Origin: Minisyncoccota bacterium | Lineage (GTDB): Bacteria > Patescibacteriota > Minisyncoccia > Minisyncoccales > Minisyncoccaceae | NCBI GenBank assembly: GCA_041651955.1 | Contig: JBAZIG010000001.1 | Span: 9,594 to 73,593 of the forward strand | Direction: 5' to 3' | DNA: 64,000 nucleotides | Part shown: positions 63,606 through 64,000 of the stretch, piece by piece | Position numbering within the stretch: the stretch's first letter is position 1 | Layout: each line of letters starts with the position of its first letter | The notes under the pieces: model-generated | Told to the model about the DNA's origin: nothing | Database searches by the model: none | What the model saw: the letters and a program-made list of their open reading frames with translations, nothing else | Made by a program: the position numbers and the translations under genes

Positions 63606-64000
63606 ATGCTTCCTATTATAAAGTATTTTTTATGGTTTTTGTTACTAATAATTACCCCAATAATTATCTATTTTTTTGTTGGTTTTAGTGAGGAAAAAGA
63701 AGATACCAAATGGGGAGTTAATTTTTCACTAAAACAGACGGAGTTTTTGGGTATTGATGACAAGCAAACATATCTTGCCCTGATAGAAGACCTTGGTTTT
63801 AAAAAAATTAAAATATCAGTACATTGGGACTTGATTGAAAAAGAATTTGAAAAATATGATTTTTCTTTACTTGATTGGCAAATTCAAAAAGCCAAAGAAA
63901 ATAATGCAGAAGTAATTTTAGCGATAGGAATGAAAACACCTCGCTGGCCAGAATGTCATATTCCCAAATGGGCAGAGGGGCTAGAGAAGAAAGATCAGCA
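63606..64000 (+). CDS. membrane-anchored TIM-barrel glycoside-hydrolase-like protein, N-terminal part (runs off the window)
   Basis: Not in the ORF track because no stop is reached. I translated it by hand: TM helix, then WGVNFS...KISVHWDLIEKEFEKYDFSLLDWQIQKAKENNAEVILAIG, which resembles GH5/GH42-type N-termini. Confidence 0.5.
   Translation, partial: MLPIIKYFLWFLLLIITPIIIYFFVGFSEEKEDTKWGVNFSLKQTEFLGIDDKQTYLALIEDLGFKKIKISVHWDLIEKEFEKYDFSLLDWQIQKAKENNAEVILAIGMKTPRWPECHIPKWAEGLEKKDQ

Overview
This is a 64-kb, very AT-rich and gene-dense bacterial chromosome fragment. Hand counts of typical 60-nt lines give 22-23% GC. I read about 70 CDS, one tRNA-Leu(CAA) and one tmRNA. I saw no rRNA, CRISPR array, transposase, integrase or prophage genes. 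The standard code applies, because TGA acts as the stop in 18 ATGA stop/start junctions. The content is mostly housekeeping. It includes a complete F1Fo ATP synthase operon and six aminoacyl-tRNA synthetases (argS, ileS, glyQS, metG, leuS, hisS). It also holds ribosomal proteins S20, L20, L35 and S21, infC, smpB-ssrA, ruvA, holA, PolX, topA, parAB and ybeY-ftsA-ftsZ. A further group is glmS, a two-subunit 2-oxoacid:ferredoxin oxidoreductase, yvcK and a GlmU-like gene. The remainder includes nrdD-nrdG, rhomboid, ComEC and rsgA. The small proteins, truncated domains, Elp3, PolX, ComEC and fermentative OFOR fit a reduced Patescibacteria/CPR-like genome, but that placement is inference only. Signals worth a second look, in order: (1) An 86-aa zinc-ribbon plus glycyl-radical-loop miniprotein sits between nrdD and nrdG and copies the NrdD C-terminus. 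It is a candidate GrcA-like spare part for a class III RNR. (2) A divergent Elp3 / Trm9-type methyltransferase pair suggests a eukaryote/archaeon-style (m)cm5U34 pathway in a bacterium. (3) smpB, tmRNA and infC are packed with no spacers. The smpB stop codon lies inside the tmRNA acceptor stem, and the ORF-track N-terminus of infC is really the tmRNA 3' end. (4) At 12 transcription-unit heads a sigma70-like -10 hexamer sits 6-7 nt from the ATG, which implies leaderless mRNAs. Shine-Dalgarno sequences are almost absent and downstream genes are joined by ATGA coupling. (5) A strong promoter plus a terminator/antiterminator leader lies in front of greA. (6) A 314-bp, 45% GC island carries a small foreign-looking ORF with a canonical SD. 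All coordinates and motif spacings were read by eye. No database search was possible.
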